From: Penicillus capitatus
Lineage: Eukaryota > Plantae > Chlorophyta
Assembly: GCA_965649825.1 (NCBI GenBank)
Contig: OZ287701.1
Span: 1,105,101 to 1,169,100 of the forward strand
Direction of reading: 5' to 3'
DNA: 64,000 nucleotides
A program made the translations under genes and the position numbers. Positions 35,716 to 48,179 of the stretch are shown piece after piece (position 1 is the stretch's first letter; every line of letters starts with the position of its first letter). Under the pieces are notes generated by a model. It searched no databases, was not told the origin of the DNA, and saw only the letters and a list, made by a program, of their open reading frames with translations.

Positions 35716-36387
35716 CATGACGACCTCCGTTTCCAGATCTACGCAGCACTCATGGACGCGCTCTCGACAGCGAAGACGTGAAGTACTCTCCAGCGGAGCG
35801 AATCGATTATTCAGACTGGTGCCGTTCATGACATCGTAGAGCACGCTGACACCTTTGGCATCGATTCTGGCCGGCGGCGGCTCTCCGTCTTCGCACCAGA
35901 CGACACGAATCTGGTGCACGATCGATGTGCACTTGGAGTAGTGCCGGATCGATCGCTGCATCAGATCCAGTCGATGAAAGGAATTCAGCATCAGCGTCAG
36001 CCGATTCTCGAACAGAACTGAAACCGACTGGTCCATTCCGGCTCTTCGCAGAGACACGCACCGGGCTGGTTGGAATGGACTGGCAGGGGCGACACCGTTT
36101 CAGCAGGACGTCGCCGAACGCAGTGGTGCATCTCTTCGGCAAGCCGTGGTCTCCCGTTCAGAATCGTCCCCATGAACATGCCTATGACCGAGCGGTTCAT
36201 GGAGGTGCGCAGGAGGGCGGTCGTGACATGGGACGACGAACAGGAGCAGCCAGGGCCCTGTGCATAGATGCAGGCTTCTCGGTCGCCAGAATCGAATGGG
36301 CGCGGAATTCGGACGGGCAGCTTTTGAGCGACAGAAGGCAAAGAACGACGGCCGACGTCGTTTTCCGCGATCGGACTCTAAATCCAT
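35716..36387 (-). pseudogene. GT64 copy 2, 3'-truncated (5' exons only)
   Basis: High similarity by eye to 18320-19002; ends at the junction with the G0 RNase H/integrase region. Confidence 0.85.
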
Positions 36388-36612
36388 TCCTCACCACCTC
36401 GTCGGCGAAACGGACGGAATGCCTCTCTTCACACAGCGAAGACGCTCCGGGGTCGTACGGTCTTGCCTAGGAACGTCCCATCGCGTCACCTCACGAATCG
36501 CTGCGCAGGGACACAACACAGACACTGTTTACATTGGACATCGACCATCCATCTATCGAAAGCAATCGTCTAAGAATTGGAGTCGACTCAACGCCTGCGG
36601 CTTGGTATCGCA

Positions 36613-38991
36613 CTAGTTGTTGGTTGCATTGGATCTCGTTTCTGTTGGAAGTGCTCGGGTGGTGGACTTCAGCTGATTGAGAACGTCCTGCAGAAGTGAC
36701 CATCTGAATCTACCAGCAGAGATCGTTGCTGAGCAGAGCTTACATCCAATTTCGACGAGAGATTTCGGACTTCGCGTCTCAAGTCCTCCACTTCCAGATG
36801 CTGTTCGACTCCGTGGGCTGGATGTTTCATACTTGTGTTGCGAGAAACCCTTCGTGCCACAGATGATGTCAAGACTGTCGATTCAGATCAAAGGCTTACG
36901 CAGCTGTGTTCTTCTTCTCCTTCTCCACGGTCAGGAAATGAAGATAACGCTTCGGATCTGGCGTGATGAACTTGGTAAACGGCAAATCGTACATCTCGTT
37001 GATGGCTTGGGCTCTTCCCCTGTAGAGCTGCGCCATTTTGTCTCCCGCCGTCTGGGCAACAAGACGCAGTGGGTGACACAGAATGCAAGACGCATGGCGG
37101 CGCACCTCGCTGTAGGCCTGGGACATTGCAGCGATGAGCAGATTCAGAACCGTAATCGTCATCAGGATTTGGAATCCGAAGAAAAAAATGAACTTAACCC
37201 ACGAGGACTTTGCGTGGAAGATATAGTGAAGCTCGAAGTTTCCAAAGATGATCTGAAATGTCGTCGTCAGTAGTTTCTTCACGTTCCTAAACTCTTCGTG
37301 ACACTCGTGATATTGCTGCAGAGCACAGAGCCGATGACTCTATTTGCCAGATAGAAGATCGAAGGGCAGACCTCGTCGTGTCGGTAAAGAGATCCGATAC
37401 AAAGGGAGGCGGCCACACCAGCAATTAAGATATACACAATCCACATTCGCACGGCATAGATAACCTCGATAGCAGAGTCCAAAAATGTTGATCCTTCCCC
37501 CAGTAACCTGAGGAAATGGCAACACACCATCCTTCGATTGTCTCGGCGACAAGTCTCAGGCGGTTACCTGAAGTATCGTTGTACTTGGATAAGAAGTAGT
37601 ATGGTCTGGGTGGCCAGCAGCCATCCAAACCATTCCTCAGTCAGGCCTTGATTTGTCATGTGAAGAATAAAGATGACAGCTTGGAGGACCTGCAGACAGA
37701 TGTCTGCCAGATTCTGCAGCTGAAACCAATCAAATTTTTCCGCCGCCATGGACCAGAGCTCTTGAATAAGGAATGGGCACGAGCAGACAAAGCAAATAAT
37801 GTTGGTGATGTGTGTCAGCAGAGTAATGGTGCGATCGCCAGAGAAGGCCCCGGAGTCATGCTCAACATCACAGAGGAACTCTTCTTTTAGTTCACCGCAT
37901 TCTAGCGCTCCGTGACCATGCTGTCTCTTGTTACTAAAGGAATCAGAATACGCGTAGCTGACTGCAGGCTCGTCGTAGACGTCAACAGTAGAATTCGCAC
38001 TGGCATCTGTGCTGTTGTTGGAATACGAAGGACAGTGCGTCCGAGAATCCTACAGCACAGAGTCCGTCCGTCCATGTCGACCGAATGGAGGCAGGAGAAC
38101 AAACAATATAGAGGCAGATGTAGAGACCGAAGGATACGGTCCAGATCAGGAAGATGCAGAAAACGGCAAGGAGGAAGCGTCGTGCCCAGTGACTCCAGTG
38201 ATAGTCGACCACAGCACGAACAGCCGGAAACTCCCAGACCGAATACGTGGCAGCACCGGAGCCGGATTTCTGGAGAAGAAGGGAGAGAAGATTCCCTTCC
38301 TTTGGATTTGCAATATCTCGCATGCAAACGACATACGCTGTCAGGGTCACCATCTCTTCCCAGCCCACTACACACCACAGGCACAGCTGACCCCAGGGTC
38401 ATCCGTCTCGAGGGGCTCCCCACCATCGATGTGTTGTATGTTCCTCGTCACACGTCCCGCGATGAACTCCGTCCAGTTCGCCTCCCAGTAGGGATCATCT
38501 TCCAGATCCGAACATCGCGTCAGGAAATTGCATCGATTAAAGGCACGCAGGATGTCAGAGTCCTATCGAGATGCATCGTTAGGTGGTATCGAGGAATGAC
38601 GATTTTGCCGGACCTTTGCCTTGAATGTGCCTTGTTTTGCGACGAGCATGTTTTTCAGAACAGTCAGCACATCATCTGGACATGCATCGATAAGATCCTG
38701 AAGCGAGCATTCGGTCCTCAACATCAGCCTAAGACAGCCACAGTTGCACACAGCACGACCGCTGCGTTACGTCTACACTGTTGCTGGATCGACATCGACA
38801 CAAGCCTCAGCAAACACCGATTCGCTAAACGGACACGAGGCGCCCGCCAAAAACGTGTCGATTTCGGATGGCTGTGTCAGAATGGAATCACAGTGCCTAT
38901 CATTGATGATATCATCTCTCTCTTCGTCCACCGGCGCCAGTTGCTGGTAGAGATGCGAGACAGGCGAGTTCTTTCCTCTCCAGTTTTTCAT
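36613..38991 (-). CDS. TRP-family cation channel, paralog C (B-type)
   Basis: Near-identical to B except in the N-terminal patch and the S1-S2 loop; the indels seen are in frame. Confidence 0.83.
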
Positions 38992-39099
38992 GTCCTCTCA
39001 AATCGGCGTGCGAACGGCGGCGGTCGACTCAAGAAAGCTGCGACGACGTGGGAAAAAATAACACGCGGACTTTGGACGTTTTGAGCGGACGACTTATGG

Positions 39100-41072
39100 A
39101 TGTCTAGGGCTCAGCGCTAAAACGACTGCCTCAGGCGAATGATACTGATGACGATGACGTAATCCGATTTGCAGGAAAGAGGTAGGCGGTCGCCAGGGGC
39201 ATGTATCCCTGTCGTCCAGATCGGAAGCTACAAAGCTGATTTAAATGATTGTATGCAATTGAAATTAATAGTGTGCAGGATGAAATCAAAACAATAATAG
39301 AAGAACAAGGATATGTAAGAAACGCAGACAGTTTTCGTGCAAGCTTGGGCGAAGGATGATGTGTTAGATGGAAGGTCAGAGATCGTCGGCTAGATCCAAA
39401 TGCTTTCATCCGAGCCTCTTGAGTGAGTAGGGCTGTGCACCAGAGCAGATGGTTGCTGGTTTCAGGATGCTTTGAGTAGAGACGGTATTTAGTATCTGAA
39501 AGGTCATGGCCACGCGCCACAAAGTAGAATCTTATTGGGAAATGTGCGAATAGAGACACGAAGATCAGCCGGGCGTCTAATCTATTCATGTTGGTCTGTG
39601 GAACAGGTTTGGCATGTGTGTGGTGTATCTAGCCTGGTTCTTTGATCCCAGTGGCCTTTGAGCCTGTAGTCCAAAAGCGAGAGAGATGGTCTTATATGTA
39701 GCTTCTGACGGTAGCCTTGAAATGCTTTTGTCCATAACAGGAGTAGGTGACATTATGGATGATTCGCAGCAGGGTCCGACATCACATGGAACGCCCGATT
39801 GGCGGAGTCTTCGAATTTTTGTCCGCGGTAGGTCTGTCGGAGAACAGTGCGTTGCCCTGTCGGTCATGAGTTTAAGTCTCTGATGTTTTCTTTCCGGATC
39901 CGTGGTCCGAGGACAAGAAGCTCGTATGTTACATGTTCTTTGATGGGCCACGGTTAGGCTAGTGTTCTCTGATGAATTGCGATGGTAATCATCTAAAAAA
40001 ATGAACACATAAACGAACGCGCACAATCAAAGAATTGTAACCGCGATCTACACGTTTTTGCGAACGGGCAGCATTCCGCGAACGCGCATTGCTCCAACTT
40101 TCCGAGCGAACCACAGTGTGGTTTCGGAGCGAGGTCTGCATGGTCTGCTCCTCTTCGGATTGAGCCTATTCTGGATGACTACACTTTGGAGCCGTCAATC
40201 TGCCGATCGTTCAGATGTCAGAGAACACACGCTTGAGACCATCCGAAACTCCGATTCAAGGACAAGGCGACTGGACAGACGACTACATCTTCAGTATAAT
40301 AAGGAATCTGGATCTTCAACTGCTCCACGAGACAGGGGAGATAAAGGCCGTGGCAGTAATCTTGTATTCTACAACAAACAAGTGTGACGACATCGTGGAA
40401 CAGCTTAGGACAATGCGAACAGAAGACAATTCACACATGGAATCCTGCACGCACTACAAAAGGGGACACAAGTGAAGAACATAACGATCTTGGAGGACGA
40501 ACGCAAAAATCGGTCATTGATGCGCTGGGCGAATATCCGAACAGTGTCATCGTGTACGACGCGCCGCAGGGAATGGCCCTAAGTGAGGCAAAGGTTCTTG
40601 TCAATGTGCTATTAGAGGGAGGATCACTTACATGGGACGGAAGAACGATAAGAACCACAAACAGTTTGCTATTCTTAGTAGTGAGTGGGACATCATCCGA
40701 TATTGAATGGCGACCGACGAAGCTGCTAGGTACAGCGGACACCGAGTATACGAAATGATCGTCGGAGATAGCGAAGACAACGAAACCCATGTCTCGATCG
40801 CAAGGGCCCTGCGTCGAAGATTTGAAGACGCTGTGCCCATCTCCCAAAATGATCATCTGAAGGCACAGGAAAATGAACCGGATGCGATGATCGAAGAGTC
40901 TGCAGGGAGTCTAGAGCTAACGCTCGAGGAAAGTGAACGGTCGATGGAAATACCAGAACAAGAAGCAGTGACAGAGATGACACGGAAGATGTCTTCGATC
41001 TGCCAGAAGTTGAAGACGCTCTGCTTCAAACCGAGTGGCGGCTCAGAGTGGAATGGGAGGAGGTTACGCTAG
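39100..41072 (+). repeat. Duplicate of 21.7-24.9 kb without the LINE; includes torsin-like pseudogene copy 2 (~40060-41072)
   Basis: Near-identical sequence and ORFs; an ~100-bp deletion relative to ~24830-24915; ends at the LTR at 41073. Confidence 0.9.
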
Positions 41073-41419
41073 TGTAAAACCTCGCCTTGGGCCCATGACG
41101 TAGCAGACACGCTTCGACGCCCAGAACGATTCGCGTTACAATCGGTGTCGTCAGAACAATCGCACGAAAAGAAATCCACACAGAGCGATACGACTGATCG
41201 GCTTCCCTTCTTTATTCTTTTGCCGAAAATCGCGTCTCGCTTTCCCCCTTTATTAATCTTGTTCGACAGTCGGGTTTCACAGGCTTCCCGCGCACTCCGA
41301 CCTCGGTACTTCTTCAGCCTATTGGCATGAACAAGTCGTCTAACGGTTCTCTGGGCCCCAGTCTTTTCCCTCATCCTCCACTGTATTCGGTTTCGCTTTT
41401 CAGCGAGGATAAAGGGTCC

Positions 41420-44400
41420 TGTAGGAAATGAACCTCTAACTGTCAGCTGTGTAGCCACCGGAAGCGGTGGAGCCGTCACATAACCATCCAGGCGCGCTGA
41501 CCATCGGTCGCGACGGATGTCGGCTCTCGACCTAACTTCCCCATAACGTAAGGGGTGTGGTTATGCTGCATACACTAGGAGTTCGCAGCTGTTAGGACGT
41601 AAGGGTAGGAAGTCCATAACCACCCTGGGTATATAAGGTCGACAATTCACCTTGTAACAACTCCTATTCGTGTCGCACCAAATCTGACTGCGTTTCTGTC
41701 GTGACGTTGCGCGAAGACTCGACTATCTTTGAAACACGTCGTTACATCGATTCCCAATATCTGGTGGACCTCCGGGGCAACTATCAAGCGTTTCCTATCG
41801 TTTGTGGCAAACCATGCGCATCGAATCGATTTCCTTTCCGCGCTACGACGGACGCACTGACCCTAGGAGATGGGTCAACAAGATGACTTCACTCTTCCGT
41901 CTCCAGCAGATTAATGACGACCCGGGGACAAGGGCCGAAATCGCGGTCACATTGCTCGACGGACCGGCGGCCGACTGGGCCGAGCTCCACCATGACGCCG
42001 ACGCCCATCTGAATATCGACTGGGCCGAATGGAGTCAACTGGTGGTTGACCGTTTTGTGCGCGACCAGGACCCTGACCGCGCCAAGGACCAGCTCAGACA
42101 CGTCTTTCAGAAGCGAAGGGAATCCTTGTTGGCATATGCTGAACGTTTCGCTTTGATGTGTTCCAGAGCTCGACCTGCCATTGACCCAGATGACTACTAC
42201 AAGTACTGGCTGAGAGGCCTGCAGAACGACCGCGCGGCAGAGTACGCGTTCACTCGGCTTGTTGCAAGCAACAACGCGCCGACCTTTGAATATGCCGTTC
42301 GCTATGCGAAATACGCGACGGAGGCGCGCAAGAATGTCCGAGGGTACGAGGAGACCGACGAAGAAGAAGACGAACCAGAACCCAGACAAGAAAACTCAAA
42401 CCGCCAGACGGTCCTCAGGGAGCATGGAGCCCGTCGCCTTGCGAAGTCAGGGCGAAAAACGACAACCGTCGTTGCTGAGGAACCGGCAGCGGATGACTCA
42501 GAGGACGAAGAACTTCGCCAACTCATAACCGGACTCACAAGCCTGCTCGCGAAAAAGCAGGAGAAGCGACGCGCAAGACGCGCAGAAGCTAATGCTTCCC
42601 GCTTCGTGGAGTCGATGTCTGAAGACGAAGACAGCGAGACTGCCGCCAGGATGGCGGACGAAGAAGAGAATCAACCCAGCAAAAGGCGCCGAGGAGCGCC
42701 AGGAAAGAAAGCACGGAAACCGCGCAAGAAACCTGAACTTGACCGTGAATGGGCGGACTATGCTGCGCAAGCATGGGCCATTCCGCTGCGTTTCCTGAAA
42801 GGACGCAGCAAACGTGAAGTGTACTCGCAGGTGATACTGGCGCTGAGGGATGCGTTCGGCTTCACGCCAAAGCCAAGGAAGCAAAAGGCCAGTGAAAACC
42901 AGCCCTCGGCTTCTGCGCCCCCACCACAAGTCGACGTAGAAATGGAGCCGGAAGTCGCCCCAAGACAAGTACCAGAACCAGAGCAACAAGTGGCCCTTGC
43001 TCGACAAGGGAACCAGGAAGGGAACCGCTGCAAGGTGTTTGTTGCCTGCCGGTTTGCTAACAAAGTAATTATTGACCCCGGCTCGACCCAGTCTATCCTT
43101 GACAGTAACTTCGCAAAGCGCGAACGCATTCGCTTTGCAACACCAAGCCGAGGTAATCTCCTCCTGGCAGACGGGACCATGCAAAAGCCATTGGGTCGCA
43201 CGGAAGAAGTGCGGGCCGACGTCGGAGGCGTCGCCGTGCAACAGGCGTTCAATGTCCTGAACGCCAGGAACTCATATGACGTTTTGTTGGGCATGGATTG
43301 GCTGCGCGCCGTTCGCGCCCAAGCCAATTTCGAGGACGGCACCTACACCATTGGCCTCGCAAAGCGCATAACGGTTCTTCCCAAAGGACGGAAGATCTTC
43401 ATACAACCGGAACCGGTCGCGGACGATGTGTCCGAAGCTCAGAGCGAATCTGACATGGAGGCGGATCTGGAGGAGTTGCTCGAGCAAATGCGCGCCCTCT
43501 GCAGTGAAGATGATGACTCGGAGGAAGAGTGTTTCATGGCCCTGAGTGACCAAGTACTTGATGACATTCACGTAAGCCCTGATTTGAAGCCTGAGGTGAT
43601 TTCGAATGTCCGCTCAGTAATCGTGGAAAATGAAGATTGTTTTGCCCTGACCTTTCAAGACATGGTCAGAACACCACTCATGCAATTTGAAATCGAGCTG
43701 CGACAAGGAGAAGTCGCAAAGCGTTGTGGTCGAACGCGAAGATTGGCCCCAAAGGAAACGGAGTTCGTCAAGGCCCAAATCAACGAGCTGCTCGAAGCCA
43801 AACTCATCTTACCTTGGGAAGAAGCCGCGAGACGATACGGCTGCCCAAAACGCAAGGATCGTTGGCTGTCGCCAATCACCATCGCGCCGAAGAAAGATGG
43901 TACCTTTCGATTCTGTTGTGCGTACCAGCGCCTCAACGACGCCACCATTCCAGATAAGTTCGTGCTGCCACGGGCGGACGACCTGTTGGACCGCGTCATG
44001 GGTCACGCATGGTACTCGGCCCTCGACGGGTTCAGCGGATATTATTCCCTTGGTCTGCATCCTGAATCCGTACTAAAGACGGCCTTCGCCACAAGCTTCG
44101 GTGTCTACTGCTGGCTTGTCCTCCCCTTTGGAGTGACGAACGGTCCGGCTGCCTACTCTCGTTTGGTCGAGCAGGTTTATGGCGGACTGGACCGAGTCGG
44201 CGTCTTCATTGACGACGTCTGCTGCGCGCACCAAAGTGAAGCTGGTATCGTGGAAGACTTGCGACGTGTGTTCGCGCGTTGTCGCGACGGAGGACTCAGG
44301 TTGAAGCCGAAGAAGTGCTTTATTGGCTACCGAGAAGTCGATTTCCTCGGACACCGCCTGTGTCCTGACGGGATGAGAATGGACGAAGCCAAGGTCAATA

Positions 44401-46671
44401 AAATCACGAAGATGCCCTCCCCTGTGGACAGGAAACAATTGCAGTCCCTCTACGGCATGTTCTCATACTATCGCCGTTTCTTGAAGAACTTTGCAAGCAT
44501 CAGCGCACCCCTCTCAAGCCTTCTCTCCACGCGGCAGGATTTCGTGTGGAATGCCCAAGCGCAAAACGCACTGGAGGAGTTGAAGAAGCTCCTTGTCGAC
44601 GGGGCAGTCCTAGCTGCTGTCGACGAAAACCTTCCCTTCCTTGTCGACACAGACACCAGCGCGTACGGGATCGGCGCCGTCCTATCCCAAGAGAGAGAGG
44701 GCGAAGAACGTCCGATCTACTTCTACTCCAGACTCCTAAAGGACGCGGAGACGCGATACTCGGCCACCGAGCGAGAAGGGTTGGCCTTGGTCGTCGGACT
44801 CAAGAAGTTCCGCGTCTATGTTCTAGGACGCAAAGTAATCGCCCGAACCGACCATGCAGCACTGTCCCACATGCTGCGCAAGACAGACCTGACGGGTCGC
44901 ATTGCCCGCTGGAAGCTCATCCTCTCCGAGTACGACGTCCATTACGTGACAAGGCCCGGAGAAAGACACCGCAACGCCGATGGACTGAGCCGTTTGGTCG
45001 ACGAAGATTCGGCGCCACGACCAGTCAATAAAGAAGAGGACTGCGACGAGTGCCCTGCCCTCGTAGCCGAAGACGTTGCTGCGGCGTTCCAGGCCTGTCC
45101 AGAATACGCAGAAGCCCTCTCAACAGCCCACGAACCGGACAGTCGCTACCGATGGGGTGAGAAAAATCTTTTCTATGAAGACTTGGATGGACGGCGCAAG
45201 ATTTGTCTGCTGCCGCACCAAGTCCGCGCGGTGATCTCCGAGGAACATTGCCTCGGACATTTCTCCGCTGAAATAACTCTGCAGCGCGTCAGACACCGGT
45301 ACTGGTTTCCGAAGATGCGCAAGCAAGTGCAAGACCTCGTGAAGACTTGTCAAACCTGCCAGCTGTTCGGTCCCAAGCCGCCCATTCGTAGCACCATCCC
45401 CATTGCCGTCGAGGAACCATGGGAGCTGGTTGAGTTGGACACGGTCGTCGGCTTGCCGGCGACGCCAAGGAAGGCTGTAGGATTCGTCACGGCGATCGAC
45501 TGCTTCACCGGGTTCGTAATAACCGATGCGTTGACGTCCTTGGGAGCTGCGAAGACCCTCAAGTTTTTCATAAATAAAGTCATTTGTGCTTGGGGTGTGC
45601 CGCAGAGAATCCTGACGGACAATGGAACGGAATTCCAGGGTGTTTTCGACCAGACAGTGAAGGGCCTGAGAATTGAGCATCGATGGTCCACGCCACGATA
45701 CCCCCGCAGCCATGGCAAGGTCGAGAACGTGCAGCGCCTCATTCTTGACCGCCTGAGAAAGTGCCCAAACCCGCGAAGCTGGGACGAGAATCTCCCGGTT
45801 GCGACGTTCGCCGTGAACGCCCGTCGAGGCAAGTTTCTCTCGCCACTTGAGCTCCTCTCAGGGGTCGTGCCGAAAAGCCGTACCGAGGTGAACCTGTTGG
45901 CCGGCGAAAGCAAAGGGGATGCGGAGCCCTTGCGGACCGCCCTTGCGGACCGTCTGACCGGTCTCGCTCTTGGTCGCGAGCGTTTTCGAGATTCCGCGAG
46001 GAAGATCCGCGAGTCCTGGACTACGGAAGCCATCCTTCCACGCATCGAGCCTGGAAAGAAGGTTCGCGTCTACCGACTCGAAGACCATGGGAAATTGGAG
46101 GCAGCATTCGAGAAGGGCGTCGTGACGTGGTGGGGCAACCAAGGGGCGTGCAGAGTTCGAGTTGGAGACCGCGCAAAGAGAGTCCCGCAGTTCTGCGTGA
46201 AGCCGTGGATCGCTCCCCAATAAATTCTTCATAAACGCTCAAATGGTTCTACCCTTTACCTGAGTGTGTCTTTTGTTCGTTCTGTGTCACTTAAACGTCG
46301 AGACGTGACGTGTTAAGTGAGGAGGAGTCACTGTAGGAAATGAACCTCTAACTGTCAGCTGTGTAGCCACCGGAAGCGGTGGAGCCGTCACATAACCATC
46401 CAGGCGCGCTGACCATCGGTCGCGACGGATGTCGGCTCTCGACCTAACTTCCCCATAACGTAAGGGGTGTGGTTATGCTGCATGCACTAGGAGTTCGCAG
46501 CTGTTAAGACGTAAGGGTAGGAAGTCCATAACCACCCTGGGTATATAAGGTCGACAATTCACCTTGTAACAACTCCTATTCGTGTCGCACCAAATCTGAC
46601 TGCGTTTCTGTCGTGACGTTGCGCGAAGACTCGACTATCTTTGAAACACGTCGTTACATCGATTCCCAATA
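41420..46671 (+). mobile_element. Intact young Ty3/Gypsy element G4
   Basis: 340-bp LTRs 41420-41759 and 46332-46671 (2 differences seen); 5-bp TSD GGTCC; PBS TGGTGGACCTCCGGGG; PPT aagtgaggaggag; a single uninterrupted ORF. Confidence 0.97.
41814..46223 (+). CDS. Gag-Pol polyprotein of G4 (Gag, protease, RT, RNase H, integrase)
   Basis: FPRYDG..W gag; IIDPGSTQS; SALDGFSGY, LPFGVTNGP, FIDD; DTSAYGIGAVLSQ; HCLGH..CQTC; ELD..LTDNG..GKVEN. Confidence 0.96.
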   Translation: MRIESISFPRYDGRTDPRRWVNKMTSLFRLQQINDDPGTRAEIAVTLLDGPAADWAELHHDADAHLNIDWAEWSQLVVDRFVRDQDPDRAKDQLRHVFQKRRESLLAYAERFALMCSRARPAIDPDDYYKYWLRGLQNDRAAEYAFTRLVASNNAPTFEYAVRYAKYATEARKNVRGYEETDEEEDEPEPRQENSNRQTVLREHGARRLAKSGRKTTTVVAEEPAADDSEDEELRQLITGLTSLLAKKQEKRRARRAEANASRFVESMSEDEDSETAARMADEEENQPSKRRRGAPGKKARKPRKKPELDREWADYAAQAWAIPLRFLKGRSKREVYSQVILALRDAFGFTPKPRKQKASENQPSASAPPPQVDVEMEPEVAPRQVPEPEQQVALARQGNQEGNRCKVFVACRFANKVIIDPGSTQSILDSNFAKRERIRFATPSRGNLLLADGTMQKPLGRTEEVRADVGGVAVQQAFNVLNARNSYDVLLGMDWLRAVRAQANFEDGTYTIGLAKRITVLPKGRKIFIQPEPVADDVSEAQSESDMEADLEELLEQMRALCSEDDDSEEECFMALSDQVLDDIHVSPDLKPEVISNVRSVIVENEDCFALTFQDMVRTPLMQFEIELRQGEVAKRCGRTRRLAPKETEFVKAQINELLEAKLILPWEEAARRYGCPKRKDRWLSPITIAPKKDGTFRFCCAYQRLNDATIPDKFVLPRADDLLDRVMGHAWYSALDGFSGYYSLGLHPESVLKTAFATSFGVYCWLVLPFGVTNGPAAYSRLVEQVYGGLDRVGVFIDDVCCAHQSEAGIVEDLRRVFARCRDGGLRLKPKKCFIGYREVDFLGHRLCPDGMRMDEAKVNKITKMPSPVDRKQLQSLYGMFSYYRRFLKNFASISAPLSSLLSTRQDFVWNAQAQNALEELKKLLVDGAVLAAVDENLPFLVDTDTSAYGIGAVLSQEREGEERPIYFYSRLLKDAETRYSATEREGLALVVGLKKFRVYVLGRKVIARTDHAALSHMLRKTDLTGRIARWKLILSEYDVHYVTRPGERHRNADGLSRLVDEDSAPRPVNKEEDCDECPALVAEDVAAAFQACPEYAEALSTAHEPDSRYRWGEKNLFYEDLDGRRKICLLPHQVRAVISEEHCLGHFSAEITLQRVRHRYWFPKMRKQVQDLVKTCQTCQLFGPKPPIRSTIPIAVEEPWELVELDTVVGLPATPRKAVGFVTAIDCFTGFVITDALTSLGAAKTLKFFINKVICAWGVPQRILTDNGTEFQGVFDQTVKGLRIEHRWSTPRYPRSHGKVENVQRLILDRLRKCPNPRSWDENLPVATFAVNARRGKFLSPLELLSGVVPKSRTEVNLLAGESKGDAEPLRTALADRLTGLALGRERFRDSARKIRESWTTEAILPRIEPGKKVRVYRLEDHGKLEAAFEKGVVTWWGNQGACRVRVGDRAKRVPQFCVKPWIAPQ

Positions 46672-48179
46672 GGTCCCAACCATGGGGACTCCGGTGCATG
46701 ACGCCGCTTTTCTGGTTGGTACAATAACACATCATCGCCGATCTGCGGGCGGGGCCCTTGTCGTTTCTTCCGTCGCTTCCAGCGTTCTGTCATTTGGGAC
46801 TGTCACTGGAGTCTCCTATCCAGAACCTCGGCCCTCCATCTCTCGATCTGGGCGGCGTCTACCCTTGTGCCATCTCGGCGACGGCCCCACACAAGCTCGG
46901 TGGCAGTGTGATCCGTACCCTCGTTGTGTGCGTCGTTGAGGATGTCCTCGATGTGTTGGACGTTTACCGGACCCTCGAACGCCATTCGCTTCACTCTTCC
47001 TTTCAGCGTTCCCACCATTCGCTCGGCTGTGCCGTTGGACCACGGCGAGTAAACCGCCGATCGGATGTGTTGGATCCCTCGCGATGCCAGCCACTTCGCC
47101 AGTTCTTAACTCACGAACCCGGACCCGTTGTCGGTCAGCAGGTTTTCACGGTGCCATGGGCGTGACTGAAGGTCTCGATCCATCGCTGTAGTCCCCGAAT
47201 CATACTTTGGCTGTTGGTCTTCGTGCAAGTGGTGACCTGCACCGCCCGACTAAATAGGTCCACTAGGACCAATCCGAAGCGTCTGCGGCCTTGCTTCCAC
47301 CGCATCGGGCCGCAAAAATCGGCCGCCGCAACTTGGTTGACGTGAGTTAGTCGAAGGCCCTGCCATGATTCGCTTTCTCCGGCCGCCTAAACCTCTGACA
47401 CCCCTCACACTCGGCCACGTACCTCGAGACGTCTTGCCTCGCCGTCTTCCAGAGGGTCCCATCGCGCTGCAGGTGCTTCCAAGTCTTCCCCTCACTCCAG
47501 TGACCGGCGCGGGCACGCCTCAGGCGGTACTCCCACTCTTGTTCGGACAACTAGACGGTAGCACATATTTGGTCGGTGGTCTCATCGCCGAGGTTTTTCC
47601 ATTGGCTCAACAGGTCTGCCAATTGATTGTCCTCTCCGGGGAGATACACCACGTCTTTGATGGCTTTACCGATCGGAGGCCGTGTCAGATGCCACTTCGC
47701 GCTTTCGGAGTCTGTCTCCACGACGATCTTCGTTCCTTTGGTAAGTTCGGATGTTTCCTTGAGCGCCCACACCACCGTCTGTAGCTCTCCCGGCATCGAC
47801 GAGGTCGGCAGCGTATGACGAGAGCTCCCTATCCCGACGAGCGACCCATTCTGTGGAGTCCTTGCCCATGAAGCGTATCCTCTCGCCTCGGTGCTCCAAT
47901 CGACTCCAGGATCTCGGCTAGATGCTTGTGAAGATGCATCTCGTCCGGTCTTCGTGCCCACATCAGCCACGACATCTTCCGCCGATACTTTGCGGACGCG
48001 CGGCGGTGGTTCACTAGGCAAGACCGGGCCTTCGACGTCTCCGGAATGACTCATTTCACAAGCGCAGCGGAAGTCTTGTTTATGGAATGAGCGGCGAGCG
48101 GTCCTTGAGGTATTCACGACGTTTGGGAGCTTCAGTGATTGCAGCCAACAGACAACTTTTTACAAAGGAGGATAGACGG

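Noticed and set aside
39131-40026. Two abutting minus-strand ORFs (146 and 152 aa; also 23355-23795) as a gene
   Set aside because: There is no recognisable domain or convincing splice model, and conservation between copies reflects recent duplication only.
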